Positions 1 through 9,189 of a stretch of DNA of 64,000 bases are shown in pieces. Positions within the stretch are counted from its first letter, which is position 1; each line of letters begins with the position of its first letter. Below the pieces are notes generated by a model. The model was not told where the DNA came from, did no database searches, and saw only the letters and a list, made by a program, of their open reading frames with translations. Origin of the DNA: a virus; IMG/VR virus record IMGVR_UViG_3300025070_000022, positions 25,941-89,940 of that record. One strand, written 5' to 3'. The position numbers and the translations under genes are program-made.

Positions 1-156
1 GAGATTAGCAATGGGGTTGGCCCCTACGAAGGATATATGGTGCTTACGATAGCAGGAAATCAATTAGATTCGGAAGCGTTTATTCTAGCCAATGTAGTTT
101 CAACCATACAGCAGAACTATGAATACATAGGAGCAGTGGTTCGTAGTGCTGAATAA
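1..156 (+). CDS. Partial hypothetical protein (3' end)
   Basis: Open frame 1 from the window edge to TAA at 154-156, overlapping the next gene start. Confidence 0.6.
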   Translation, partial: EISNGVGPYEGYMVLTIAGNQLDSEAFILANVVSTIQQNYEYIGAVVRSAE

Positions 157-562
157 GAATATCTTAATAGGTATTCTTTTGAGCAAACCTGCTTACAACA
201 TAGAATTCTTTAGAAGTCCAAATTCTAGACTAGGTTATAGCATTAGGCCACGCATAGTCATAAGAGGAAATCTACCTTTACTCCACCAAATAAATAGAAC
301 CCTTTCTCTCTACGGAATAGTTAATTCAGTGAAAGAAGTAGAGAACAAAAAAAGACCAAAACCAATACTGGTAATTAGGGGCATTGAAAACAATGCTAAG
401 ACAATGGCTCTTATTCCCGAACACCTATTACAATTACAAAATCACATTCAAGAACACAATGATGTTGTTCAAATGCTAGTTAGAAAGGAACACCTAACTC
501 TAACTGGTATAGAAAACATAATGAAAATTAGAGGAATTATAAATGGCACTGACTACGATTGA
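146..562 (+). CDS. Degenerate LAGLIDADG endonuclease-fold protein
   Basis: C-terminal KEHLTLTGIENIMKIRGIIN and GYSIRPRIVI resemble LAGLIDADG homing endonucleases; the N-terminal helix ILIGILLSKP lacks the catalytic acidic residue. Confidence 0.6.
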   Translation: MLNKNILIGILLSKPAYNIEFFRSPNSRLGYSIRPRIVIRGNLPLLHQINRTLSLYGIVNSVKEVENKKRPKPILVIRGIENNAKTMALIPEHLLQLQNHIQEHNDVVQMLVRKEHLTLTGIENIMKIRGIINGTDYD

Positions 563-1388
563 AAACAAGAAACCAACAATAATTGTCGGAAAGGCAGGAA
601 CAGGGAAGAGTACTCAAGCAAGACAAATATTGCCTAATGCTATCGTACTTTATGCTGACGAAATGAATATACGAGATGTTCTTTCCTTTCCTTTAGAACT
701 AGGAATCATAATCGAAGATGTTCATTACAAACCAAAGACCGATGAAATTCTAAATGTCTTAAGAAAGTATCGAGGTACTATCGTCTTAACAAGCATAAAT
801 CAAAAATCAATACCTAATGAAATTAAAAATATGGTTAAGATAAAAAGAGCGGGTAAGATAAATTATAGACAAGAGCGGTTTGCAGAACTAGCCCCTAGAA
901 GTCAAGAACCTAATAATTTAGAACGAGATGTATTTTCCTTAGTATTGGACTATCTAAGAGAAAGCGATAGAGAGCAGGTTTTAGAATTGATAGAATTCAA
1001 TAACCCTCCCGATGTTCAAATAATAAGTTGGTTGGCTGAAAACATTCATCCTAACCGCCTACTATTCATAGACACTGTAGTAAAAAGAAGATGGCCTCCC
1101 CGCTACTTCAAAGAAATGCTAGCCTATTCTCACAGTGGAAAAACATTCACTAGACCTAGAATGCCTCAACGGAGAACCTATTCCAAAGTACCTAGCCTTT
1201 GTAGAAGGTTGGGGCTAAAGGGTAGTGATGAAAGGATACTTAGACAACTTCTCAAAGATGAAGCGTTTTCTAATTTCGCTAAAACCAAATTAAACAATTC
1301 CGAGTGTAGACTTTTAGGTTTGGGCGAGAAGAGAAAAAGAAAGCCGAAAAAGAAGACGACTAAACGCATATCATTTGGTGAATTCTAA
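543..1388 (+). CDS. Clamp loader (RFC) large-subunit-like AAA+ ATPase
   Basis: Walker A GKAGTGKS, Walker B IIIEDV, WLAENI motif, basic tail ending SFGEF; next to RFC small subunit and PCNA. Confidence 0.7.
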   Translation: MALTTIENKKPTIIVGKAGTGKSTQARQILPNAIVLYADEMNIRDVLSFPLELGIIIEDVHYKPKTDEILNVLRKYRGTIVLTSINQKSIPNEIKNMVKIKRAGKINYRQERFAELAPRSQEPNNLERDVFSLVLDYLRESDREQVLELIEFNNPPDVQIISWLAENIHPNRLLFIDTVVKRRWPPRYFKEMLAYSHSGKTFTRPRMPQRRTYSKVPSLCRRLGLKGSDERILRQLLKDEAFSNFAKTKLNNSECRLLGLGEKRKRKPKKKTTKRISFGEF

Positions 1389-1576
1389 TGGCTAATGAAG
1401 TGGCAATAAGGCACTTGAAAAAGTACCTAAGTAGTGGTTCCAAAACCACAGATGAAATCTATAATCATCTAAATAAAAAACTAAAGTGGGGTATCAGCAT
1501 GCCCGAACTTAGCAAAATGTTACCTAAGTTTGCTAGGTTAATTTCTATAGAAGAAGGCTGGAGGAATAAAAATTGA
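1388..1576 (+). CDS. Small winged-helix-like DNA-binding protein
   Basis: 62 aa, basic, KTTDEIYNHL...ELSKML helix pattern. Confidence 0.5.
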   Translation: MANEVAIRHLKKYLSSGSKTTDEIYNHLNKKLKWGISMPELSKMLPKFARLISIEEGWRNKN

Positions 1577-1821
1577 AACACATAAGACTAACAAATAAAA
1601 TAAAGACATATTTAACAGAAAACGGACCAAAGAATACTAGAGAAATACAAGTCCACTGTTCTAAATTAAAGAATAAAAAGACTGGCTCGAAATCTAATGT
1701 AATGTATAATCAAAATATGAATGTGATTGGAAATCTAATGCGAAGAAAATACTTCGTAAAGGTTGGACATGATAAAAAAGTTGCCTTAGATATTTGGGCA
1801 ATAAAGGAGGAATACAAATGA
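1573..1821 (+). CDS. Small winged-helix-like protein (paralog of next gene)
   Basis: MKHIRLTNKI...GPKNTREI...VIGNLMRRK...W. Confidence 0.55.
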   Translation: MKHIRLTNKIKTYLTENGPKNTREIQVHCSKLKNKKTGSKSNVMYNQNMNVIGNLMRRKYFVKVGHDKKVALDIWAIKEEYK

Positions 1822-2105
1822 AACACAAAAGACTACAAAATAAAATAATTCAATTACTTGAGAACGAAGGAAAACCGATGAACACAAAACAAATCGTAGA
1901 CCATCTATCTACATTGAAGACGACTCAAGTTGTCAAGAATAAGAATACTATTTATCAGTACGAATCGGAAACTGCCTTTTGGCAACAACACAAAAGAGTG
2001 GTTGGCCAAATAATGAAGAGAAAACAATTTGATAACTTAGGCTATGATAATGAAACTAGAACTAGCATTTGGGGATTACGAGGTGTAGCATATGCTATGG
2101 ACTGA
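1818..2105 (+). CDS. Small winged-helix-like protein (paralog of previous gene)
   Basis: MKHKRLQNKI...PMNTKQI...VVGQIMKRK...W; ATG at 1818 after GGAGG. Confidence 0.55.
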   Translation: MKHKRLQNKIIQLLENEGKPMNTKQIVDHLSTLKTTQVVKNKNTIYQYESETAFWQQHKRVVGQIMKRKQFDNLGYDNETRTSIWGLRGVAYAMD

Positions 2106-2997
2106 GAAGTATAGACCAAGTAAATTATCCGATGTACTGGGACAAGAACCATTTGTAATGGATGCTGAACATTGGGTTCTAGACAGACAATGCCCCAACC
2201 TACTGTTGTATGGTAATTCCGGTACTGGAAAAACAGGGGCCGCAGTTGCCCTAGCAAATGCTATTCTAGGCAAAGATGCAACCTCAAACTTTTTTGAAAT
2301 TAATGCTTCCGATGATAGAAGATTGGAAACAGTTAGAACTAAAATCAAAAACATTGCACAAGAGTCTTCGATTGGAGATGTACCCTTTAGAATGATTCTT
2401 TTAGATGAGATGGATGGTATGACTACTGATGCTCAAAACGCTCTTAAGCGTTTGATGGAGCGTTACGAATCTAATATACGATTCATCATTACTTGTAATA
2501 ATAGGAACAAGATTATCTATGCTTTACAATCTAGATGTGCAAACTACTTCTTCAAAAACCTCACATTTGAAGTCATTGAAGAAGCAATTGTTAGAATCCT
2601 AGAGTCCGAGGGACACCCCGTACCCGAAGAAATAAGGCAGTTCATATACTCCTTCAACGGTGATATGAGAAGGACACTTACCGAATTACAGGCATCAGTC
2701 GCATCCGGCATCCGGCTCAACCTGCAAATCGAAAAAGGCCTCAAAAAGTACGAACAAATTACAATGAACATATTGAATAGCAATCCAAACGAAGCACTGA
2801 AAAATCTACATAATCTAATCTACGATGGAATCTCTACTAAGGAGATTTGCGTAGGATTACATGATTATATCATTTCTTCCGAGATGGACAGTAAAAAGAA
2901 ATTGAAATTCCTACGAGTAATTGGTGAAGGAGAATGGCGTTCCCACAACATGACCCCTAAATTACTTGTTTCATGGATGGTGGGAAATCTACAATAA
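2092..2997 (+). CDS. rfcS: Replication factor C small subunit
   Basis: WTEKYRP, GNSGTGKT, EINASDDR, LDEMD, AQNALKR, SRC motifs. Confidence 0.95.
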   Translation: MLWTEKYRPSKLSDVLGQEPFVMDAEHWVLDRQCPNLLLYGNSGTGKTGAAVALANAILGKDATSNFFEINASDDRRLETVRTKIKNIAQESSIGDVPFRMILLDEMDGMTTDAQNALKRLMERYESNIRFIITCNNRNKIIYALQSRCANYFFKNLTFEVIEEAIVRILESEGHPVPEEIRQFIYSFNGDMRRTLTELQASVASGIRLNLQIEKGLKKYEQITMNILNSNPNEALKNLHNLIYDGISTKEICVGLHDYIISSEMDSKKKLKFLRVIGEGEWRSHNMTPKLLVSWMVGNLQ

Positions 2998-3010
2998 GGA
3001 GGTAAAAAAA

Positions 3011-4213
3011 ATGCAAAACGAAATAAACAAAGCGGCAGAGAAGTTAGGCATCTCGCAAGAAGATGCACAACTGAAATTTGAAGAGATATGCAAAGCGAAT
3101 GGTGTAGAAACCGACTCGACCTTGGCAAAAGGTCTGTGGCGAGCCTACGCTCATCAGCAGATAAGCATGAAAAAGAGAACGAACAACAACACCGAGCGTA
3201 AATCATTTGGAGATACGGCTTTCGGTTTCTTTGTTTCCCTAGAGGAACCAAGAGATATGATGGCTTACAACCGACGAAGAGCGATTGAAGAATGGAAGCG
3301 TGATGCTTACAAAGCCTATCAAGAAGGTTTTGTTGCTACTGTTGAAGAAACAGAAGACGGCAAGTACACTGTAAGTCGAGTGTTCGATGGTGAGGAACAA
3401 ACTAGAACTCTAGCAGTACTAGCAGACGGAGCAGAGACTCTAGAAGACGGCACTATTGTCATTCCCTTAGATGTTACTAAGCGTTATACTAATGGTGGAG
3501 AAAACAAGAACTACGGGAAGCCATTGGCCAAAGAACTAATGCGCCGAAGTGGACTCTTCGTTGGTAAAGTCGGTGACGATTCCGACTACCAATTGTACTA
3601 CTTCTCTTACAAGAATCAAAACGGTGTTGACTTCCTACCAAGAACCTTTGAGTACATTCACATGCCAGTGATTAAGGATAGTAATAGAGAAGGATACATC
3701 TACGGATACACTAAGAAGACTTTGGAAGGTTGGGAATACAATGCGGAAATGGACCCCGAAGGTGACAACCATCGAGAAACTCCAATGACACCCTACAACT
3801 TAGTCAGCAGTATCCTAGCAGATAAGGTAGTTTCTCTATCTCTTCTTGATGATAGGCACATGGAACAGCGTGACCTGCCATCAGTTGAACGATTTGTGAT
3901 TACTATGGGTACTGTGTGTAATATGAACATGACTCCTACTTCTAACGGAAATAGAATCTTGAACATCACTGACCTTAACGCAGACTTCGACTACGACACT
4001 GACGGAATGACTACTTGTTGGGTTCCCCAACATATCGAAGTTGACTTTGGTATTGGTTCCGAAATTGTTGTTGTTGGTCGTACTTCTATGCGAGAAGGTG
4101 ATGATGGCATGGAGCCTTCTACCATCAACTTGTCTGGACTTCTAGTTACTGAAAGAAAGGGACAAGTCGTTGAGATTACCGAAGACGAAGAAGAAAACCT
4201 TGATTGGTTTTAA
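3011..4213 (+). CDS. Putative single-stranded DNA-binding protein (RPA/OB-fold-like)
   Basis: C-terminal OB-like strands (ITMGTV, ILNITD, IGSEIVVVGR), acidic tail EDEEENLDWF; replication context. Confidence 0.55.
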   Translation: MQNEINKAAEKLGISQEDAQLKFEEICKANGVETDSTLAKGLWRAYAHQQISMKKRTNNNTERKSFGDTAFGFFVSLEEPRDMMAYNRRRAIEEWKRDAYKAYQEGFVATVEETEDGKYTVSRVFDGEEQTRTLAVLADGAETLEDGTIVIPLDVTKRYTNGGENKNYGKPLAKELMRRSGLFVGKVGDDSDYQLYYFSYKNQNGVDFLPRTFEYIHMPVIKDSNREGYIYGYTKKTLEGWEYNAEMDPEGDNHRETPMTPYNLVSSILADKVVSLSLLDDRHMEQRDLPSVERFVITMGTVCNMNMTPTSNGNRILNITDLNADFDYDTDGMTTCWVPQHIEVDFGIGSEIVVVGRTSMREGDDGMEPSTINLSGLLVTERKGQVVEITEDEEENLDWF

Positions 4214-4304
4214 GTCGGCTAACTAACTCTAATGTGCGTGTGCAAGCAAGTTACCATATAATGTTGCTCAAATGGGTGCGAAGCCCATTAACACGGTGAA
4301 AACT

Positions 4305-4559
4305 ATGAATCAATTAACGATAACAGAAAATATGATTAAAACAAGCAGGGCTATTATTTCCTTTAGAAATATTGCTCACATTTCTTGGAAGTCCGATAGA
4401 AAATACAAGGAAGAAATAGACAATGACGAAATATTCTACGATGTTAGAATTTATTCTAATTCATCAAAGGCAGACGCTATTCGACAAATGATGAATGAAA
4501 AAGAATTTATGAAACTAGCGGCGAACTATACTAATTGGGTGAATGCTAATGAGCGATAA
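4305..4559 (+). CDS. Hypothetical protein
   Basis: ATG at 4305 after GGTGA; weakly similar to next gene (IAHISWK vs IQFITWK). Confidence 0.6.
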   Translation: MNQLTITENMIKTSRAIISFRNIAHISWKSDRKYKEEIDNDEIFYDVRIYSNSSKADAIRQMMNEKEFMKLAANYTNWVNANER

Positions 4560-4770
4560 TATTATTTTTGAAGAAGGTTTTCTTACCAAGGTAAATACTT
4601 GGACTGTGTGCATGACTGATATTCAGTTTATCACATGGAAAGAAAACTACGAAACTGGTAGTTACTTTGTTAAACTCCACATCGGAGATAAGGAAACTAG
4701 ACTACAACTAGACACAGTAGAAGAAGTAGAACAACTAGTCCAAGAATGGACAACATCAAAAGGTGAATAA
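4543..4770 (+). CDS. Hypothetical protein
   Basis: ORF coupled to its neighbours. Confidence 0.6.
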   Translation: MLMSDNIIFEEGFLTKVNTWTVCMTDIQFITWKENYETGSYFVKLHIGDKETRLQLDTVEEVEQLVQEWTTSKGE

Positions 4771-4772
4771 AA

Positions 4773-5561
4773 ATGCAAAAAAGAAAAGAAGAACAAACGG
4801 AGATTGACATTGACAGTATGAGGGCCAAGATTCTAGCACAGACTAAGATGGCTAAGGACACCCCTAGGAGAATGCGACTAGGAATAGAAGGTGATGCTAA
4901 GACTGGCAAGAGTGGAATAGCAATGGATACTGATAAGCGAACCTTCTACTTAGATGTAGACGATGGCGGAGTACCTACTTGGAAAGCAAACCACGATTCG
5001 ACTGATAGAATTACTATCTACAATCCGGCTGAATACGGAGAAGATGGAGAACTGCTACCATATCAAACACAAGGAAACATTAGGTCTTTCATTGCTCTAG
5101 CAAGAGAAGCGGCTAAGACAGAAGATATTCTGTTTGTTTGGGATGGAATTGATACATGGCTTGAGTACTGTACTCTTTACATGACAGGAATGGAGAATGC
5201 TAGAATGCGACCTATGAAGACAGCAAAACAACAAGATTGGTGGCAACGAAACAATCCTTTTAGACAAGTTCTAAAGGAAGCCAAGGCTATTGACTGTGAC
5301 CAAATTTACATCACTCATACTAAACCTCCCTTTAGAGATGAAGACCCACAACCAATTTGGAATAAGTGGGACTCCCATCTTTGGGGAGTAATCCGAACTA
5401 CCCAAAGAAACACCGTCAAAGGTATGGAATACGAAGCCTATGTTAAAAGTAGTAAGTACTTCCCTAACCTCTTAAATAAGAGGTTTAGCGTCTTGACTGT
5501 TAGCCGAGAAGGTGAGGTTACATGGAAGGGATTGGACTGTGTTAAGAGTGGTGAAATTTGA
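4773..5561 (+). CDS. RecA-superfamily/AAA_24-type ATPase (Sak4-like recombination protein)
   Basis: Walker A GDAKTGKS, YLDVDDG, Walker B FVWDG, YITH. Confidence 0.65.
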   Translation: MQKRKEEQTEIDIDSMRAKILAQTKMAKDTPRRMRLGIEGDAKTGKSGIAMDTDKRTFYLDVDDGGVPTWKANHDSTDRITIYNPAEYGEDGELLPYQTQGNIRSFIALAREAAKTEDILFVWDGIDTWLEYCTLYMTGMENARMRPMKTAKQQDWWQRNNPFRQVLKEAKAIDCDQIYITHTKPPFRDEDPQPIWNKWDSHLWGVIRTTQRNTVKGMEYEAYVKSSKYFPNLLNKRFSVLTVSREGEVTWKGLDCVKSGEI

Positions 5562-6391
5562 TGCAACTAAGAGTTGAATCAAAGGAACTACTAGATGCAA
5601 TCACAAGCGTAAAAGGTGCTGGAAAGTACTCGGTTGCTAGTGGTCTTAAGAGCGATAGTATTGGCGACTTTACTTTCTTGGTACAACTAAATGACTCGTT
5701 AGAAGTTTGGAACGCTGATGCTGGTTTCATTCTTAGAGTTTCTATTCCACTAGTTGAAGTTTCTCAAGAAGAAGCAAATACAGTTTGGACACAGACTAAG
5801 GATTTGGGTGTCAATGCAACGCTAAGAATATCGGAAATAATTCCAATCTTGAAGAAATTCAAGGGGCAGATTACTATTGAAGGAGGTACTAGACTAACAA
5901 TTACAGATACTAGTTCTAACCAATTTACTCTAAATACAGTACAGGTTCATCCTAGTTTAGATGTAATTCATAGAGTTTCTGCAATGAATCGTCTAATCGT
6001 AGAAGAAGGAATGCCATACTTTAACACTACACAATACGAAGGTCACATTTCTATGGACGCTAAGGTGTTCTCTAGGACAATGGAGTTTTGTGAGTTAGTG
6101 GGTACAGGAATCTATGAAATAGACTTCAAGGCTGTTTCCGATACACCTACATTAGAATCTCCTTCTGTTCGTTTTTCATCTACTGATAGAGGTCGAAAGT
6201 CTTACTCACATGAATTAACCACAGAAGAATTACTACACTCAACAGGACAGTCTGCTACTGTTCTTTTCAGTGGACCCATCCATAAATTCTTCAAAAGCGG
6301 AACTATTGAGTTCTATTTGAAAGATGCTTTCCCGTTGCTTTTGGTGGGAGAAGACCGACTATTGATTAAAACGCCAAGACTAGAAGAGTGA
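5558..6391 (+). CDS. pcn: DNA sliding clamp (PCNA-like)
   Basis: 277 aa acidic alpha/beta protein, C-terminal EFYLKDAFPLLL...LIKTPR; immediately upstream of PolB. Confidence 0.65.
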   Translation: MMQLRVESKELLDAITSVKGAGKYSVASGLKSDSIGDFTFLVQLNDSLEVWNADAGFILRVSIPLVEVSQEEANTVWTQTKDLGVNATLRISEIIPILKKFKGQITIEGGTRLTITDTSSNQFTLNTVQVHPSLDVIHRVSAMNRLIVEEGMPYFNTTQYEGHISMDAKVFSRTMEFCELVGTGIYEIDFKAVSDTPTLESPSVRFSSTDRGRKSYSHELTTEELLHSTGQSATVLFSGPIHKFFKSGTIEFYLKDAFPLLLVGEDRLLIKTPRLEE

Positions 6392-6395
6392 TTAA

Positions 6396-8141
6396 ATGAT
6401 AATCTCACATAATAATTCAAATATTTACATATCGTGGAGAGAAAATGGTACTAAGCACGATTCTACTATTCCGTTTCGCCCATACTTTTTTGTGGAAGAG
6501 ACTAGTAAGGAACCACCTACTTACCAGCCTAGTAAGTACATTACTAGGGAAATAGAATACGAGAGAGGCGATTGGGTTAATCTTGAAGGTACTCGATTGA
6601 AGAAAGTCTATGCAGAAATGCCGGAAGACTTGAGGAATTTGAAGAGTTCCTTTTCTAGAACTTACGAGGCTGATGTACCTTACCCCTACAGATATTGTGT
6701 AGACCGATTAGAAGAAATCAAAGAGTACGATATGCGTAAGTGGTATTGGGATATGGAATGGCAACAAGGTGGAGAACACCATGATAAGATTACTACTATT
6801 GTAATGTATGATAATTACGATAAGGAATACTATCAATGGGTTTGGTTTCCCGACCAAGAACCCTATGATGGATTCAAAGCCTCCACTGATAAAGCACAAC
6901 ATTTATCGGTCTTTAATACAGAAGAAGAAATGATTGAATCTTTCTTGACTACAATGATAGAGAAAGACCCCGACATGTTAATTGCATGGTTTGGTAATTG
7001 GGCCGACCTTCCTAAGTTGTTTTCTAGATGTGCCTTCTACGATATTGACCCTAGCGTTATTTCTCCTTTGGGAGTTGTTGATGGTATAAAGGTCAAAGAC
7101 GGTAAGGTAAGATTCACTAAAGAAGAGAATGGCTATCACGCTACTGCTCAACCCATCCGAGGTAGGATTACACTAAACTTGGACATGGCTTTTGAAAGAC
7201 AATGGAATGATGCACAAAAAGGCACACTACCTAGTCTCTCTCTAGATTATGTTTCTACTGCATTATTCGGTGAAGGTAAATCTAAGGAAACTAAATTTGA
7301 AGATGCTAACGAGTTTTATCGTAGAGGTTGGCTAGAAGACACTCAAGCCTACTTGAAGTATGCTTTGATAGATGTAGAATTACTAGTAAAGATTGATGAA
7401 ACTAACTTCTGTAGTGAAGCCATTCTTTCTTTACAGCGATTACTAATTGCTCCTTTCGATGCTTGCTTCTTTGCTTCTAACATGGGTTCAATCTACTTTA
7501 TGAGAAACGCTTGGTGGAAAGCCCCAACGGGAGAGAAGCCTAAGTTCAAAGTCTGCGATAAGTGCAATCATAAGAATCCAAACGAGAAGACACTAAGAGA
7601 GTGTAAGAAGTGCGGAGCAAGCCTATCTTATTCGGGTGCTATGATTTACAATCCTACTGACGAAGGTACTAACGGGTTGCATTACAATGTAGCCGCTTTT
7701 GACTTTGCTGGTCTTTATCCTAGTATGATTATTGCTAGGAATATCTCGTTTGAAACTCTTACAGAAGAGCCAACACTATTCAGTGCTGACTTGAATACTC
7801 CACAGAATCTACAGCCCGTAGCAGAAGACTACGAGAAAGACATGCGCTATTTCAAGACTGACGAATTGGGACTATTGCCTCGCTCTCTTATCGACTTGAA
7901 AGAGTTGAGAGGCGAGTACAAGAAGTACATGAAAGAGGCTAGGAAGGCTGGAGATAAGGAGGCTGTTGTTAAGTGGAACAACAATCAAATGGCTGTAAAG
8001 CGTTTGATGGCTTCCTTCTATGGTATCCTTGCCTTCAAGGGATTCGGTTGGGCGAATGTAGACCTAGCCGCTAGCATTACTGCTAGTGCAAGAGAGGCTA
8101 TTCGTAAGGCCGCATTTACAGCAAGGGAGATGGAAGGATGA
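6396..8141 (+). CDS. polB: Family B DNA polymerase, N-terminal subunit (3'-5' exonuclease, motifs A and B)
   Basis: FRPYFF, YEADV, ExoI WDME, ExoIII YALID, motif A DFAGLYPS, motif B KRLMASFYG; no motif C. Confidence 0.95.
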   Translation: MIISHNNSNIYISWRENGTKHDSTIPFRPYFFVEETSKEPPTYQPSKYITREIEYERGDWVNLEGTRLKKVYAEMPEDLRNLKSSFSRTYEADVPYPYRYCVDRLEEIKEYDMRKWYWDMEWQQGGEHHDKITTIVMYDNYDKEYYQWVWFPDQEPYDGFKASTDKAQHLSVFNTEEEMIESFLTTMIEKDPDMLIAWFGNWADLPKLFSRCAFYDIDPSVISPLGVVDGIKVKDGKVRFTKEENGYHATAQPIRGRITLNLDMAFERQWNDAQKGTLPSLSLDYVSTALFGEGKSKETKFEDANEFYRRGWLEDTQAYLKYALIDVELLVKIDETNFCSEAILSLQRLLIAPFDACFFASNMGSIYFMRNAWWKAPTGEKPKFKVCDKCNHKNPNEKTLRECKKCGASLSYSGAMIYNPTDEGTNGLHYNVAAFDFAGLYPSMIIARNISFETLTEEPTLFSADLNTPQNLQPVAEDYEKDMRYFKTDELGLLPRSLIDLKELRGEYKKYMKEARKAGDKEAVVKWNNNQMAVKRLMASFYGILAFKGFGWANVDLAASITASAREAIRKAAFTAREMEG

Positions 8142-8377
8142 GTTCACAATTAAGTAAATTACCACCACATGAAGGCTTAGGAGAAATTGTATTACTAGAA
8201 GCCGAAGAAGAAACAGGTGATATTAGTTTCTACAGACCGTGTTTATATCGTTGGAGTGCAGAAGAAATGTCTGCGTATGAAACTAAAAATGATAGAAGTA
8301 ATTTTGGTTGGTGTGTTTATGGTGCTAATCCTGTTTATGGTGTGTTGGCATGGATAGTAAAGGAGGATGAGAAATGA
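8138..8377 (+). CDS. Hypothetical protein between polB halves
   Basis: 79 aa ORF, ATGA-coupled. Confidence 0.6.
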   Translation: MSSQLSKLPPHEGLGEIVLLEAEEETGDISFYRPCLYRWSAEEMSAYETKNDRSNFGWCVYGANPVYGVLAWIVKEDEK

Positions 8378-8484
8378 AGTGCATAAAACCAATGATACAC
8401 AGACCGGAATTTGAAAGCAGTCGTCACTGTAAATTGTGTGAAGCAGAACGAATCATCAAGGAAATAACAGGTGAAGAAGAATGA
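8374..8484 (+). CDS. Microprotein, 36 aa, Cys/His-containing
   Basis: MKCIKPMIHRPEFESSRHCKLCEAERIIKEITGEEE, read manually; ATGA overlaps on both ends. Confidence 0.55.
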   Translation: MKCIKPMIHRPEFESSRHCKLCEAERIIKEITGEEE

Positions 8485-8681
8485 GTAAAAGAATACGAAG
8501 AACCGGCGTTGCTTGCACAGTATGTGGGGAAACCACTACTTCGGTTTATGCGAAAATTCAATCAACAAAGAATTATAGAAGCATAGGAGGGGTTTGTTCT
8601 AATCTCCATTTTTTCCCAAAAAATCAAGATAACGAAGGATGGAAACACATTAACAGATTTATTACAGGTGAAGAAGAATGA
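8467..8681 (+). repeat. 18-bp exact direct repeat ACAGGTGAAGAAGAATGA (8467-8484, 8664-8681)
   Basis: Read directly; flanks ORF 8481-8681. Confidence 0.85.
8481..8681 (+). CDS. Small Zn-ribbon-like protein
   Basis: CTVCG...CSNLH; flanked by an 18-bp direct repeat. Confidence 0.6.
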   Translation: MSKRIRRTGVACTVCGETTTSVYAKIQSTKNYRSIGGVCSNLHFFPKNQDNEGWKHINRFITGEEE

Positions 8682-8729
8682 TTGAAATAGTAAAAGCCTT
8701 CGCCCTAGAAACATCAAAGGTGATAATAA

Positions 8730-8867
8730 ATGAATGACAGATGTGTTAGATGCAAAAGCAATGTGAGGATTACCCATCCTTCAAAGTGCTACTGCTTCTC
8801 ATGCTATGTCAAATACTACAGAAGAACTGTAGTCAATAATAATAAAAGAGGAATAAAAAATGTTTAA
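8730..8867 (+). CDS. Zn-finger microprotein, 45 aa
   Basis: MNDRCVRC...CYCFSC, GGTGA upstream; read manually. Confidence 0.55.
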   Translation: MNDRCVRCKSNVRITHPSKCYCFSCYVKYYRRTVVNNNKRGIKNV

Positions 8868-9015
8868 TTTAGATGAATTAATTGAAGTACAAAAAACAAC
8901 AAACGGAACACTCAGCGAACTACTGGCTAATGTCAAGAGAAGTAATAAGATTTTGATGATGGTCAACATTGTCAACATTGCTACTATCGTCACCTTATTG
9001 GTGGTGGTTCTGTGA
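8860..9015 (+). CDS. Small C-terminally anchored membrane protein, 51 aa
   Basis: MFNLDELIEVQK...ILMMVNIVNIATIVTLLVVVL; GAGG upstream. Confidence 0.6.
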   Translation: MFNLDELIEVQKTTNGTLSELLANVKRSNKILMMVNIVNIATIVTLLVVVL

Positions 9016-9188
9016 ATTTACCTTACTGGTATTTAACAGAACTAACTCATAGTCCAGTTGGAGAATTACTATATTTTACGATAGTTTTGATTCCGTTTAG
9101 ACTTGCTTTAAAATATTTATACAAGAGTTGGAAAAGTAATGATAGACAACCTAGTTTTTGGGATGATTACGATACGGAGGTTCGATAA
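9012..9188 (+). CDS. Small hypothetical, possibly membrane protein
   Basis: GTG start overlapping previous stop; LLYFTIVLIPF hydrophobic stretch. Confidence 0.4.
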   Translation: MNLPYWYLTELTHSPVGELLYFTIVLIPFRLALKYLYKSWKSNDRQPSFWDDYDTEVR

Positions 9189-9189
9189 T

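Noticed and set aside
2092-2115. RFC N-terminus MLWTEKY as another tagged protein
   Set aside because: This is the universal RFC WxEKYRP motif and lacks ILK.
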